A stretch of 61,721 nucleotides of DNA, the filler included. It is 4 parts of 4 records of this genome, joined end to end, with 100 filler letters (N's around TTAATTAATTAA, not from the genome) between each part and the next. Parts side by side here need not be neighbours in the genome. Positions count along the whole stretch, not along the records: positions 1 to 23,710 come from DRR723986_11965; positions 23,811 to 47,188 come from DRR723986_11975; 2 more parts are not named here. One strand, given 5' to 3'. A program made the translations under genes and the position numbers. The notes under the pieces are model-generated. The model worked only from the letters and a program-made list of their open reading frames with translations, had not been told where the DNA came from and ran no database searches. Shown one piece after another: positions 18,722 to 29,013 of this stretch. How positions within the stretch are numbered: the stretch's first letter is position 1; every line of letters starts with the position of its first letter.

Positions 18722-20437
18722 CTAGGCTGCCTGCATTTCTTCGGACCATTTGGCTAGCTGCTCGTTGCCGACGCGGGCACAGAAATCGCCAAACGTTTCC
18801 TTGTCCTCACGGTGACTCTTGAATGCCTTGAAGACCGGAACAAGTGTCGTGGTGATGTCGTCGAAGTGAACTACATCTTGATACACCGAACCAAGGCGAG
18901 TGCCAAGCAATTGGCCGCCAAGAAAGATCGTGTACTTCTCTTTGGTCTTGCCGACCAATCCGATGTCAGCGTTGTACGGTCGGGCGCAACCGTTCGGGCA
19001 ACCCGTCATCCGAACCGTGAACGCCTCCTTCTCCAGGCCAAGCTTTGCCAATTCAACTTCAAACTGGTCCATTAGCTTGGGTAGAACGCGTTCGCTCTCA
19101 GTGACCGCCAGCGAACACGTCGGTAGGGCAACACATGACATTGACCAGCGGCGAACGGTAGAGATTTCTTCACTAAGCGGAAGGCCATGCTTCTTGATGA
19201 TCGCTTGAAGTTTCGGCAGATCCGCTTCGTCTAGATCGGTGAAGATCATGCTCTGGTGAGCCGTTAGGTTGATCCCAGGATTCAACTCGGCGCAAATTTC
19301 ACGGATGGCGGACTTCCAAGCACGATCTTCAGAATCGTACAAGCGGCCGTTTTCGACATTCCAGCCATAGAAGAACTTTCCGTCGCCCTGCGGGAACCAA
19401 CCCATGTGATCGTCGAAACCGTGCACTTCGTCTTCAGTGCAGTCCGGCAATTTCTGACCGAAGTACTCTTCGACCTTGCCGCGGAACCATTCGATTCCCT
19501 TGTCCGCGATTAGGTATTTCATTCGAGCGGTCTTGCGGTCGGCCCGATTTCCGAAGTCGCGTTGCACTTTCACAACCGCTTCGGCCACTTCACAGGCTTG
19601 CTCCGGAGTGCAAAACGCCATTCGTTTCGCCAAAGCAGGAAATGTTTTCTTCGCACTTGGGGTCGTGCCTAGCCCGCCACCAACGCTGACGTTGTAACCG
19701 GTGACCTTGCCATCTCGCACGACGGCCAGGAAGCCGAGGTCATTGGTGTAAATGTCGACGCAATTGTCTTCTGGAAGTGCGACAGCGATTTTGAATTTCC
19801 GTGGCAGGTACGTCGGTCCGTAAATCGGTTCTTCGTCAGGCTTGCCGCCGCCAACGAGTTCTTTCTCGCCTGTTGAATCGTCCTGTAGCCAAAGTTCGTA
19901 GTAAGCCTTGGACTGCGGAGCTAGGTGGTCTTTGAGTGCGTCTGTTAAACGGCGAAGTTCGTCGTAAACATCATTCTTCAGCGGTGCTGGACAGCACATG
20001 ACATTTCGGTTGACGTCTCCGCAGGCGGCAAGGGTGCTCAGTTGCACTGCGTTGATCTTCTGGATCGTCTCGCGAAGGTCGCCCTTCAAGATGCCGTGTA
20101 GCTGCAGGGCTTGCCGGGTGGTGCACTTCAGTGTCGCGTTTCCGAGCGTGTCGCAAATGTCCAAGTGAGCGATCATCTGCTCGCTGGTGAGTCGTCCGCC
20201 TGGGATGCGGGTCCGAGTCATCATGCTGAACTGCTTGGTCGATTTGCCCTCTCCGTCCTTCTTATTGCGGGCGTCGCGGTCGTCCTGCTGGTACGTTCCG
20301 TGAAACTTGAGAAGCTGCGTATTCGGCTTGGCAAACTGAGGACTATCATCCTGTAAATCGTCAGCGATCGTTCCGCGAAGAAGGACGCTATCTGCCTTGA
20401 TTACTTCTACAGGATTTACTTTGGTCTCGCCTGCCAT
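18722..20437 (-). CDS. cysI: Assimilatory sulfite reductase hemoprotein subunit
   Basis: KFHGTYQQDDRD, TTRQ..QLHG, ACGDVNRN, YLPRKFK, CVALPTC and MTGCPNGCARP (siroheme/4Fe-4S cysteines). Confidence 0.93.
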   Translation of the reverse strand: MAGETKVNPVEVIKADSVLLRGTIADDLQDDSPQFAKPNTQLLKFHGTYQQDDRDARNKKDGEGKSTKQFSMMTRTRIPGGRLTSEQMIAHLDICDTLGNATLKCTTRQALQLHGILKGDLRETIQKINAVQLSTLAACGDVNRNVMCCPAPLKNDVYDELRRLTDALKDHLAPQSKAYYELWLQDDSTGEKELVGGGKPDEEPIYGPTYLPRKFKIAVALPEDNCVDIYTNDLGFLAVVRDGKVTGYNVSVGGGLGTTPSAKKTFPALAKRMAFCTPEQACEVAEAVVKVQRDFGNRADRKTARMKYLIADKGIEWFRGKVEEYFGQKLPDCTEDEVHGFDDHMGWFPQGDGKFFYGWNVENGRLYDSEDRAWKSAIREICAELNPGINLTAHQSMIFTDLDEADLPKLQAIIKKHGLPLSEEISTVRRWSMSCVALPTCSLAVTESERVLPKLMDQFEVELAKLGLEKEAFTVRMTGCPNGCARPYNADIGLVGKTKEKYTIFLGGQLLGTRLGSVYQDVVHFDDITTTLVPVFKAFKSHREDKETFGDFCARVGNEQLAKWSEEMQAA

Positions 20438-21018
20438 GACGCTCCGGTCCTTGTGCTACATCTTGATCTGAGGGCTGGAATGACCACTGGGCACAAGCCC
20501 GGCGGCGATCCGCGTTCGCATTCTTTTGCGAAATGCTTTGATTTGACCGCCTATAGTAAGCATTCGGCAACCGCTTCGGTAGGGCAATGCCCGGTCAGTT
20601 GGCGCAATTCGGACTATCAATCGGTCGTCTACGTTACGGTCTCTATGGATCCAGTTTTGCTTGGGACCCAGCACCGCATTCACTAGATTTGTCCACACTC
20701 TAAGAAACGACTCTGCGAAACACCAGCGCTGGCGACGCCTTGATGCATTCGCTGACCAATCGGTAAAGCAGGCATGTTGTCTGGCCGCGGCGGATGTAGT
20801 GAGGGCGGCGAGCCGTAGAGCGTTACCTACGAAACGGTCCTGCCGAAGAAACAGAGCTGCTGAACGGAAAGAGCCTCCGATGAGGCTGCTGAAGAGGTTA
20901 ATTGGCTGATTTCAGCGTTTTAGGCCCTTTGGGCGGTTAGGTAGGCTTCGCACGGCGGAAAAGCTTTGCATGCATTGCAAATTGCCAAAATTGAGGGTTG
21001 AAGGGTGAATATCCCGAC

Positions 21019-21173
21019 TTTCTTCGGACGATCTTCCTTGAGATACCGGGCTTGAGCCTATATCCTCAGAGGTCATAGAGCCGCTGGGGGCACCACCACC
21101 TTCGCTCAGTGTTACCGCGCGTTGGGGGTGAGTAAAGAAATACTCTGGCAGCATCGTCTGCCTCGACGGAGAA
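21019..21173 (+). ncRNA. ssrS: Probable 6S RNA
   Basis: Ends pair (TTCTTCG/CGGAGAA; CGGACGAT/ATCGTCTG). Contains 6S-like motifs TGAGCCTATATC, GGCACC..CACCT and GGCAGCATC. About 155 nt, intergenic. Confidence 0.5.
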
Positions 21174-21183
21174 TTCACGCCGC

Positions 21184-21711
21184 ATGGCTGATTACTTGCA
21201 CCTAGAAGATTTGTCACCAGGCGACAGTTGGACCAGCCCTGCTCGCACTCTGTTGGAAAGTGATATCGGTGCTTTTGCCGGTCTGACGGGGGATTTCGAT
21301 CCGCTGCATACCGACTTTGAGCATGCTGCGAATACTCCTTATGGACGGCCCATCGCTCACGGATTGCTCGGTCTTTCCTTCATGGCAGGACTTAGTAGCA
21401 CTTGTCCGCGCGTTCGAACTCTGGCATTTGTGCGAATCGAAGACTGGCAGTTCCAGCGACCAATGTTCGCCGGTGACACTGTCTGTGTTGAGACGACCGT
21501 GGAAGCCATTTCGCCGAAGGGTCGCAAGAGTGGCGAGGTTCTATGGACTCGAAAGTTGATTAACCAACGTGGCGAATGCGTCCAATCGGGGCGTATCGTG
21601 ACGCTTGTCTCGGCACGGCATTTCTTGCCTCGTCGCGGCGTTGTTCCTGCCGCCAAGATCGACGGCTTCCGCAAGGCACCACTTCGCGAAAACGCAGTTG
21701 ACAACAGCTAG
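21184..21711 (+). CDS. MaoC/PaaZ-type dehydratase (hot-dog fold)
   Basis: FAGLTGDFDPLHTD, PIAHGLLGLS, F.RP.FAGDT. Confidence 0.88.
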   Translation: MADYLHLEDLSPGDSWTSPARTLLESDIGAFAGLTGDFDPLHTDFEHAANTPYGRPIAHGLLGLSFMAGLSSTCPRVRTLAFVRIEDWQFQRPMFAGDTVCVETTVEAISPKGRKSGEVLWTRKLINQRGECVQSGRIVTLVSARHFLPRRGVVPAAKIDGFRKAPLRENAVDNS

Positions 21712-22088
21712 CCTCCGAATTTTTTCGCGAAGCCCGCCTCCCGCTTTATGATCCGCGTGGCTTGATCTTGTTTCGCCCCGGAGCATTCTGTTGTCCGAAG
21801 CTGGCGTATTACGTTTCCAATAAGAAACGCGACCTCTCTAATCGTTCTTGAACAGAACACTCAAGGTGTTACGTGTTCTCGAATTATCTCTGTGCTGCTC
21901 TTGAAACTTTCATCGGGCGCGGGCTACGATAGCTCGATCAGATTTTCCGTCGCGGCCATGCGAAGGAACAACCGTCCCCTCCTGAGTCCGATCCTTGCAA
22001 CAGTCGCTATGGCGGACGCGTCGGACAAGGACGCATGTCGGTGTCCACGTCTGATTCAAGAAGTCCAAGATGGAATCGAGGTAATCAA

Positions 22089-23042
22089 ATGGCGATTAGA
22101 TCGACCGTACTCCTGGCGTCGTTGTCGACAGTGATCATTGCTTCTTGGATCGGTCAGCGGCGGGCGGTCGCCCAGTCCGGATTGCTCGCCGAAAAGATAT
22201 CCGAGTCGCAACGGCGAGAGGCGGATGACTTGCTGGCCGGGGTCTGGGCGGATTCTGCATTAACTGCACCTAGAGTAGCAGTCTTGGTCAATTTCGAGAC
22301 GTCTGGCATCGGGGACGATCGTCTTGTTGAATATCGCGGTTCTCAGGTCATTCTCATCGATGATACCCCCAAAAAAACCAAATGGCGGGCTGTTCATTGG
22401 GGCAGGAAGAACGGGGACAAGTTTGATTCAGCAGCCTTCTATGACGGGCAAGTGCTCTGGGAGAGGGCGGAAGACACCGAAGGCTGGGGGCTGATTCCGA
22501 CATGGGAGAAAACAGATTTTGAAAAGATCAACGTCGAGTACTTCGATCCGAGATCTGTATGGTTATGCGGACCTGTTGAGATGAGTTTTTCGCTACAAAA
22601 AGCAGGCCGGATTGAACAGGTGCTGATGGGGAGGAATTGCGTTGCTGCTCGTCGTGAAGAATCCACGTTTGAATCGCTCTGGGCGAAACAAGAGTGCAAA
22701 GGACTGAATCGGATAACGCAGCTCAATTTCCGCGAGTCGCAGCCCATGCCCGTGACTTGCCAACTCTACCCATCCATCGAAGGCGACTTTTCGCGGAGTA
22801 AGTTTCTCGATGCACAAGAGTCTTCGGAATTCTCCCAGTTGAGTGATTTGGCATGGCAAAAGCACAAAAACGGTACCTGGACACTCAAGACCGTAGTAAC
22901 GAGGAGCCGGACGAACAAATACAAGTATCAGATTTCGATGGATATGAAGTGGCTCATTGGTGACGAAATCGAAGAGCGGTTCTTTCGTGATCCGAGGAAG
23001 CCCGAAGTCCCTTCGCTTCGAGAGCTCCAATTCGAAAACTAG
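22089..23042 (+). CDS. Hypothetical exported protein
   Basis: GAGGT RBS; signal-like N-terminus; FDPRS motif typical of planctomycete hypotheticals. Confidence 0.65.
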   Translation: MAIRSTVLLASLSTVIIASWIGQRRAVAQSGLLAEKISESQRREADDLLAGVWADSALTAPRVAVLVNFETSGIGDDRLVEYRGSQVILIDDTPKKTKWRAVHWGRKNGDKFDSAAFYDGQVLWERAEDTEGWGLIPTWEKTDFEKINVEYFDPRSVWLCGPVEMSFSLQKAGRIEQVLMGRNCVAARREESTFESLWAKQECKGLNRITQLNFRESQPMPVTCQLYPSIEGDFSRSKFLDAQESSEFSQLSDLAWQKHKNGTWTLKTVVTRSRTNKYKYQISMDMKWLIGDEIEERFFRDPRKPEVPSLRELQFEN

Positions 23043-23098
23043 CTGCTACCACGCGCCGGGGCAATCAATTGTGAATGGTCGGTCGAGGGGGCGAGATT

Positions 23099-23710
23099 TT
23101 ACTTGGGGCGGTTCTCCATCTTTATTTCTAACTGTGAGGTTTCTCCGGCGGTCAGCGAGACGCGTGCGTTCCGATTGATGCGGCCAAATTGTTCGTTGCT
23201 TTTCGGCGCAATGTAGTTGTCGTGATTGATTCCGACTTCTAAGTCACCGAGGGCTGGAGCATCACGCAGCAGTACTCTGCCGCTTTCGTCGGTCACGGAC
23301 GAGTAACGCGAATGTGCAGGACGGTTCGACGCCGCTAACCAGACGTCCGCGGCACTCTTGTCAGAAAACTGTGCGCGCACGATCTCAGGGGACCGCGTCG
23401 ACTTACCAACGACTTGGGATCCAGCTAGGTGCAAAATCTGGTTGGGCCAAATGCTCACCCGTGCAGCCTGCAGTGGAGTCCCATCGGGCTTGAGTACGGT
23501 CACCTCAATATCGCTGGTTGGCTCCATGCCAAGGGTAATCGTGAGTTGTTGGTTATCGTCAGGAAGACTGTCAGCGTCGGCAAGAATTCCGCGCACTCGC
23601 GACGGAGCGGGAGCATCGAAACCTTCGTCAACATTGGCTATCACCCACCCGCGGCAAATGGCGATCAGTTGGATCTTCCCGCCGCGCGGCAACGATTTGA
23701 ATTCGAACGT
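23099..23710 (-). CDS. Carboxypeptidase-regulatory-like domain protein, 5'-truncated
   Basis: VLKPDGTPL..ARV, TDESGRVLLRD; frame is open to the contig end. Confidence 0.65.
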   Translation of the reverse strand, partial: TFEFKSLPRGGKIQLIAICRGWVIANVDEGFDAPAPSRVRGILADADSLPDDNQQLTITLGMEPTSDIEVTVLKPDGTPLQAARVSIWPNQILHLAGSQVVGKSTRSPEIVRAQFSDKSAADVWLAASNRPAHSRYSSVTDESGRVLLRDAPALGDLEVGINHDNYIAPKSNEQFGRINRNARVSLTAGETSQLEIKMENRPK

Positions 23711-23810
23711 NNNNNNNNNNNNNNNNNNNNNNNNNNNNNNNNNNNNNNNNNNNNTTAATTAATTAANNNNNNNNNNNNNNNNNNNNNNNNNNNNNNNNNN
23801 NNNNNNNNNN
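23711..23810. other. Artificial contig linker
   Basis: N44-TTAATTAATTAA-N44, stop codons in all six frames. Confidence 0.98.
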
Positions 23811-23972
23811 CGAGCAAACCCTGAGTGACAATGTCCATGCCACTTTGACGAGACTGTAAATACTTTTGTCTAAAAGCGGAAGTTAAAGTGTAATAGACTA
23901 GACGTAACCCAACAAATGAGAGCTTCCTTACACCGAACATGTTCAGTGAGTCTTGATTATTTACAATACAAT

Positions 23973-24995
23973 TTACGTCGTAGAATCCGATGTCATCGCA
24001 ATGAATTCTGCATCTTCATCGTATCGGGAAAAGTCAGAGTCGTTTCTGGCCATGTTTCCGTACGATGAATCCAGTTGAATGGCCCGGTTGAGGGCTTTCA
24101 ACGCTTTGAATTTTTGGTCTATCAAACAAAAACTGTTTGCAAGGTTGTACCACGAATTGGCGTCCTCTGAATCAATGTCGGTAACCTTGCCGTATGACTC
24201 AATCGCTTCATTGTAACGCCCAAGGTTCTTCAGAGTAACACCGCGGTTGAACCAGACATCGGCATCCTGCGAGTCGATTCCAATAGCCTTGTCGTATGAC
24301 TGAAGTGCCTCGTCGTGGCGTCCAAGGTCATCAAGTGCATTGCCGCGGTTTGACCATGTTGCGGCCCTGTCCTGATCAATTTCGATGGACTTGTCGAAGG
24401 ACTCGATCGCCTCGTCGTGGCGTTCAACCTTAACTAAAGTATTCCCCCGGTTATACCAGGCGGCGGCATTAAGTGGGTCGATGCCGATTGCCATGTCATA
24501 GGACGCAATTGCCTCGGCATTACGTCCAAGCTTGTCCAGTGTAGTGCCACGGTTATTCCATGCAATTGCATCCTGCGGATCTAGGGCAATAGCTCTATCG
24601 TAGGACTTGATCGCTTCGGTGTAACATTCAAGCTGATCCAGGGCCTTACCACGGAAAGACCATGCATCAGCTTGAGCTTGATCGATATCGATAGCACTAT
24701 CGAAGGACTCGATTGCCTCGTCGTAGCGTCCAAGTTTAACCAAAGTGCTACCCCGGTTATACCACGCATTACCATTCAATGGATCGATGGCGGTGGCCTT
24801 GTCGTAGGACTCAATCGCTTCGTCATGGCGCCCAAGGTTATCCAGTGCATTGCCCCGTTTATACCACAGCTCGGCATTCTGCAGGTTGGCGTTGATGGCC
24901 TTGTCAAAGGACTCAATGGCCTCGGCATTGCGTCCAAGGTCAAGTAGTTTCAGCCCCATTTGGAACCAATAAGAAGGATTGTGTTTTTTGCCCAT
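23973..24995 (-). CDS. Tetratricopeptide repeat protein (9 TPRs plus cap)
   Basis: 34-aa repeats AWxNRGxxLxxLGRxxEAIxS(Y/F)DKAIxID; C-terminal ARNDSDF cap. Confidence 0.92.
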   Translation of the reverse strand: MGKKHNPSYWFQMGLKLLDLGRNAEAIESFDKAINANLQNAELWYKRGNALDNLGRHDEAIESYDKATAIDPLNGNAWYNRGSTLVKLGRYDEAIESFDSAIDIDQAQADAWSFRGKALDQLECYTEAIKSYDRAIALDPQDAIAWNNRGTTLDKLGRNAEAIASYDMAIGIDPLNAAAWYNRGNTLVKVERHDEAIESFDKSIEIDQDRAATWSNRGNALDDLGRHDEALQSYDKAIGIDSQDADVWFNRGVTLKNLGRYNEAIESYGKVTDIDSEDANSWYNLANSFCLIDQKFKALKALNRAIQLDSSYGNMARNDSDFSRYDEDAEFIAMTSDSTT

Positions 24996-25085
24996 AACAC
25001 CTCAGGCTGCAAGTACAATTGAGTAGACGCAACGTATTAGCTAGAAATGACAATACAGCGATGTTTCATCCTGGTTCTACACCTT

Positions 25086-25646
25086 TCACTCATAGTCCAA
25101 TGGCAAATAGCGCTCTTTAATGATGTTAAAATGATGAATCTGATGCGCGGCAATTGTGAGCCCAATCGTATACATTGGCATTTGGTATTCAGCAAATACA
25201 CACATTGATTCGAGCATCTTTTTGTTAAAGGACTTAAACAACATGATTGTTGACTGGCGCACAATGCGGAGTTCATTCACCAACTGTTCAATTGGCAATT
25301 CATCTGCGTTTGAGTGATCAACCATTAACTCATGATCAACTGTTCCGGGGATATGACCTGTATTGCGGGCATACAGGATAGCATCATAACACCACATTCT
25401 CTCCTGATCTGCCAGGTGTTGAATGATTTTGTTAATGGTCCACTTACCGGGCGCATACGTTTTTAGAGCAATTCTTTTTAGTTGAGCAATATCTAAAGCC
25501 TCAATATCCTCTACGCTCAATTCAAAAGCCCGATCAAGTGTGTCATCACCAATCAATTCAAACACATATTCCAAAAAACCGGGGCTCTTTTTTGCTTCCT
25601 GACCTTGCACAACTATCTGCTCCTTTCTTTCCACAATCCCTTGCAC
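25086..25646 (-). CDS. DinB family protein
   Basis: YAPGKWTI..IIQHL.D.ER; IAAHQIHH; ERYLPL. Confidence 0.85.
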   Translation of the reverse strand: MQGIVERKEQIVVQGQEAKKSPGFLEYVFELIGDDTLDRAFELSVEDIEALDIAQLKRIALKTYAPGKWTINKIIQHLADQERMWCYDAILYARNTGHIPGTVDHELMVDHSNADELPIEQLVNELRIVRQSTIMLFKSFNKKMLESMCVFAEYQMPMYTIGLTIAAHQIHHFNIIKERYLPLDYE

Positions 25647-25752
25647 GTAAGCATACTTGCTCTCTAGATGTCTGTATCAGGTGCTAAACTTTTCTGTTGT
25701 TTCCCAGCGTGTAAGCACAGATGTAGAGAACAAGCGACTGCCTGCGTCAATC

Positions 25753-26514
25753 CTACTGCGTAAAGTCAATACTGTGATACACAAGGTCAAAAATCGTAAA
25801 ACCAAGAACCCATTGCCGTTCGAGTTCGGTTGGTTCGCGCAGCAAGGTCACCATCGAGTCATGGTACTCAACTTCCCGGTCAATCGTAATCTCATCATCC
25901 AGGGAGCTTTGTCGATGCATTTTATGACGTCGATTGAAGAGAGAGGATCTTCGTTCAGTATTTTCTTTGATCTCAGCTACGACTGAACCATGAATTAAGA
26001 ATTTGTAGAATCCGAATTCTGCCTCATGCCGGCTAATCTTCCCAATTGTTTTGGAATTGGGGTCCTGTATAATCTTATCGTTGAGAATCGTGCCAAGGAG
26101 CCGATCATCGATGTAAATTTTAAGATCAGTCTTTGAGCCCCGGATAACAAACTGATTTTCACTTGTATACGCAACAATGGTACAATCGCGATACAAGCCT
26201 CTGTCAATCATCTTATACTCGATGATGTGATCGCCATCCGCCGTAAAAATGCTTCCACTATTTTCCCTCTTCAGTGTCTTTTTGAAGCTGTAATTCATGT
26301 GGTTGGAGACTTTTTCCAACATCTCCGGCTTCCAGGGTTCAAGCGCATCACAATTTGCCAGAACATCGCTGATCATCTCTTGTTTTTCGCCAGCCAGAAA
26401 TGATGCGGACTTCTTCTCTGTCGATTTTTTAATCACGAGATAAATCGCAACGGTAATTCCAGCCATGGGCAGAAGAAACGCAAGCACAATGACTATTAGT
26501 ATCAGGATTTCCAT
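25753..26514 (-). CDS. Hypothetical membrane-anchored protein
   Basis: Long N-terminal hydrophobic segment, then a beta-rich soluble domain. Confidence 0.7.
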   Translation of the reverse strand: MEILILIVIVLAFLLPMAGITVAIYLVIKKSTEKKSASFLAGEKQEMISDVLANCDALEPWKPEMLEKVSNHMNYSFKKTLKRENSGSIFTADGDHIIEYKMIDRGLYRDCTIVAYTSENQFVIRGSKTDLKIYIDDRLLGTILNDKIIQDPNSKTIGKISRHEAEFGFYKFLIHGSVVAEIKENTERRSSLFNRRHKMHRQSSLDDEITIDREVEYHDSMVTLLREPTELERQWVLGFTIFDLVYHSIDFTQ

Positions 26515-26579
26515 AAGAAATTCAATCGGATTATAAGAAGCACGCCGGGATTGGACTACAAGTTAAGAAAACCTGAAGT

Positions 26580-26616
26580 ATTCCCAGCCCCGCTGTCTTG
26601 ACTGGAGGCTGGGAAT
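26580..26616. terminator. Hairpin downstream of the epoxide hydrolase
   Basis: ATTCCCAGCC / GGCTGGGAAT 10-bp stem. Confidence 0.5.
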
Positions 26617-26651
26617 TCTTCAACATTCCGTTCGAATTGGAACAGCGGCCG

Positions 26652-27605
26652 CTACTGTTGTAACCACTCTACTATTGCCCGGTTGGTTAATTCTGGTAGT
26701 TCCTGCTGAATCCAATGCCCACAATCAAGACTGACGACTTCTACACTGGGTACGAACTCCGTCAGGTTTTCGGACTTCGGAATCACATCGCGGTCACCAT
26801 AGATCATGAGGCTGGGTTGTTGGACGATTGGGTTCACGTCCGCCAGCAAATGCCAGTTGCGGTCAAGATTCCTGTACCAATTGATACTGCTTGTAAAACC
26901 TGAGGACTCAAAGGCGGAGACAAAAACGGCAAGTTCCCGTTCATTCATTATAAGCTCGCCCAGTGCAGTTTCGGCCAGGGCAAGATTAATCATAGCCATT
27001 CCCGGCTCAGGTGCTACCTGGGGCAGGTTCTTGCGGAATATATTGCGTAAAAACTGAGAAGTATGTTTTTCCAAAACCGCATCTGCAACACCCGGACGGC
27101 GGTTGAAATGCACAAAATAGAAGTCTGGGCCAAACGCTGTTTCCATGAATTCGATCCAAGGCTGTTCGCCGCGCGCCTGGTAGGGCAGGCTCAGGTTTAT
27201 GATCTTGTTTACGCGCTCCGGATGTAATAAGGCCAGGCTCCAAACGATGTTTGCGCCCCAATCATGGCCGACAAAAGTAGCGTCCTTGTATCCGAAGTGA
27301 TCAAGCAGCGCAACCAGGTCTCCCGTCAAATGCTGGATATCGTAGTCGGTTACGGCGCCGGGACGGGAAGATTTACCAAATCCGCGCTGATTCGGCATGA
27401 TGACGTGATAACCGGCTTCAACGAGTGCAGCCACCTGAAAACGCCAGGAAAAGGCATGCTCCGGCCAGCCGTGACATAAGACAACAGGTTTACCGGCATT
27501 GTGTTGCCCGGCTTCAAAGACTTCGAGTTTGACACCATTGACACCGAGCAGAGCCGGCTTGGGAAAATCTTCTGGATTAAACCCTGCGTTAATTGTGCTT
27601 GTCAT
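26652..27605 (-). CDS. Alpha/beta-fold epoxide hydrolase
   Basis: HGWPE, GHDWGA nucleophile, NWYRN, CGHWIQQE. Confidence 0.9.
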   Translation of the reverse strand: MTSTINAGFNPEDFPKPALLGVNGVKLEVFEAGQHNAGKPVVLCHGWPEHAFSWRFQVAALVEAGYHVIMPNQRGFGKSSRPGAVTDYDIQHLTGDLVALLDHFGYKDATFVGHDWGANIVWSLALLHPERVNKIINLSLPYQARGEQPWIEFMETAFGPDFYFVHFNRRPGVADAVLEKHTSQFLRNIFRKNLPQVAPEPGMAMINLALAETALGELIMNERELAVFVSAFESSGFTSSINWYRNLDRNWHLLADVNPIVQQPSLMIYGDRDVIPKSENLTEFVPSVEVVSLDCGHWIQQELPELTNRAIVEWLQQ

Positions 27606-27668
27606 TTTTGCGTGTTCTTATGATTAACTGATACAATCACTTAGCTGGCCCAACATAGACCTGGTGAG

Positions 27669-27684
27669 TGACAACCCTATGGCA
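27669..27684. promoter_or_regulatory. Candidate WYL-regulator operator
   Basis: TGACA-N6-TGGCA imperfect palindrome between the WYL gene and its downstream neighbour. Confidence 0.4.
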
Positions 27685-27698
27685 AGGGTCCGCAAATA

Positions 27699-28388
27699 TT
27701 AATGGTACTGATCAAAATACTCCTGCAAAGTCATATTGTGAGGCTCAAAAGATTCTGTCAGCACTTGCAATGAATTGATTCTATCGACTCGAAAAAAGCG
27801 AAATTGCTTACGCAAACGACACCAGGCAATTAAGTACCAATTCGCGGAATTCACGATTGCAAATGGCTCTATAAGTCGGCTGCTGGCCGTCCCCTCTTTG
27901 TTAACATACTCTATCTGGATAAGCTTGTAATTAGTAAGCGCGTTTTGCACATCCGACAAGTGGTCACTCTTGTGCTGCTGATTTAGGACTTCCCTGTATT
28001 GAGTTCGCTCGGCAAGCAAGTTTGTTTTGTCTTTGATGCTGTATCCAAGAATGGCTTTGACCTTGTCAATCGCTTCCGAATAATCCTTGGCGAATGAGGC
28101 ATCGTTATTTTGCAATACCAGCTGCTCTGCAAGAATCAGGGCGTTCGCCTGATTTTCGGTGAACATTACCGGCGGCACTTTATAACCTTCCAGAAGCGAG
28201 TAGCCCTTGCCTTCTTCGGTCAGGATTGGGACGCCGGCTTGCTCCAAGGCTTTTATATCGCGGTAAATTGTCCGTTTGCTGACGTTAAACTTTTGAGCTA
28301 ATTCGAGGGCGGTCACAATTCGTCTGGTCTGAAACTGGATCAGAATAGCGGTTAAGCGAGACAGTCTATGTATTTCTGAGTATTCCAT
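27699..28388 (-). CDS. YafY-family HTH-WYL transcriptional regulator
   Basis: VSKRTIYRDIKAL HTH; NWYLIAWCRLR; FRFFRVDRI. Confidence 0.92.
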   Translation of the reverse strand: MEYSEIHRLSRLTAILIQFQTRRIVTALELAQKFNVSKRTIYRDIKALEQAGVPILTEEGKGYSLLEGYKVPPVMFTENQANALILAEQLVLQNNDASFAKDYSEAIDKVKAILGYSIKDKTNLLAERTQYREVLNQQHKSDHLSDVQNALTNYKLIQIEYVNKEGTASSRLIEPFAIVNSANWYLIAWCRLRKQFRFFRVDRINSLQVLTESFEPHNMTLQEYFDQYH

Positions 28389-28494
28389 TGAGAAGTCGTC
28401 AACAGTTAAATCTGAGGAGGTACAGCAGTATCAAAGTCTACAGGTCGATGCACCAGTAATAATCAAAACCAGTTTGCCTGTTGAGCTTGCCGAT

Positions 28495-29013
28495 CTAGTT
28501 TTCAGTATCACAACTTGGACAGGTAAAACTTCCGCTAATTTTGTCCGCCGGGGTAAGTGTTAATTTTTCATTACAATGATGGCAGTGTACTGTTTCCCCA
28601 CCAACCACAATGGTTCCGGCAAACAAATCTCCAATCCGCTGATGATTGTCCGTATTTTTTACTGCCAAAAACCCGACCAGTCCAAAGAAAGCGAATATGT
28701 CGACGGGGTCAAGAATTCTTCTTTTTAAGGCCTGGAGTAAGTCAATTGGCTCTCCAAACTTCCCCACTACCTGTATTCCAGCAAAAAAATGCCCTAAGGT
28801 CTGTCCTCGTATTGATTCGACGATTGGAAAGTACAGGAACCACGCTGCGAATAGCGGCAGTGCCTCCAATCCAGAAACGGTGTAACCGCCCTCAGCGTTG
28901 GGTGAACCAACAGTGTAGGCGTAAACAAACCAAAAAGAGAGATAGATACCATAATCAAAAATAGTAGCGATAATTCGATTTTTGAGATTTGGTTCAGTTT
29001 GTATGTTGCGCAT
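28495..29013 (-). CDS. RDD family membrane protein with C-terminal zinc ribbon
   Basis: RIIA.IFD, GQTLG, QRIGDLFAGTIVV; CHHC...CPSC. Confidence 0.85.
   Translation of the reverse strand: MRNIQTEPNLKNRIIATIFDYGIYLSFWFVYAYTVGSPNAEGGYTVSGLEALPLFAAWFLYFPIVESIRGQTLGHFFAGIQVVGKFGEPIDLLQALKRRILDPVDIFAFFGLVGFLAVKNTDNHQRIGDLFAGTIVVGGETVHCHHCNEKLTLTPADKISGSFTCPSCDTEN

Noticed and set aside
20438..21000. SAM riboswitch upstream of sulfite reductase
   Set aside because: No SAM-I or SAM-II core motifs were found on the minus strand.
23755..23766. TTAATTAATTAA palindrome repeated three times in the window
   Set aside because: It is a synthetic all-frame stop linker embedded in Ns. ORFs containing X runs across it are artefacts.
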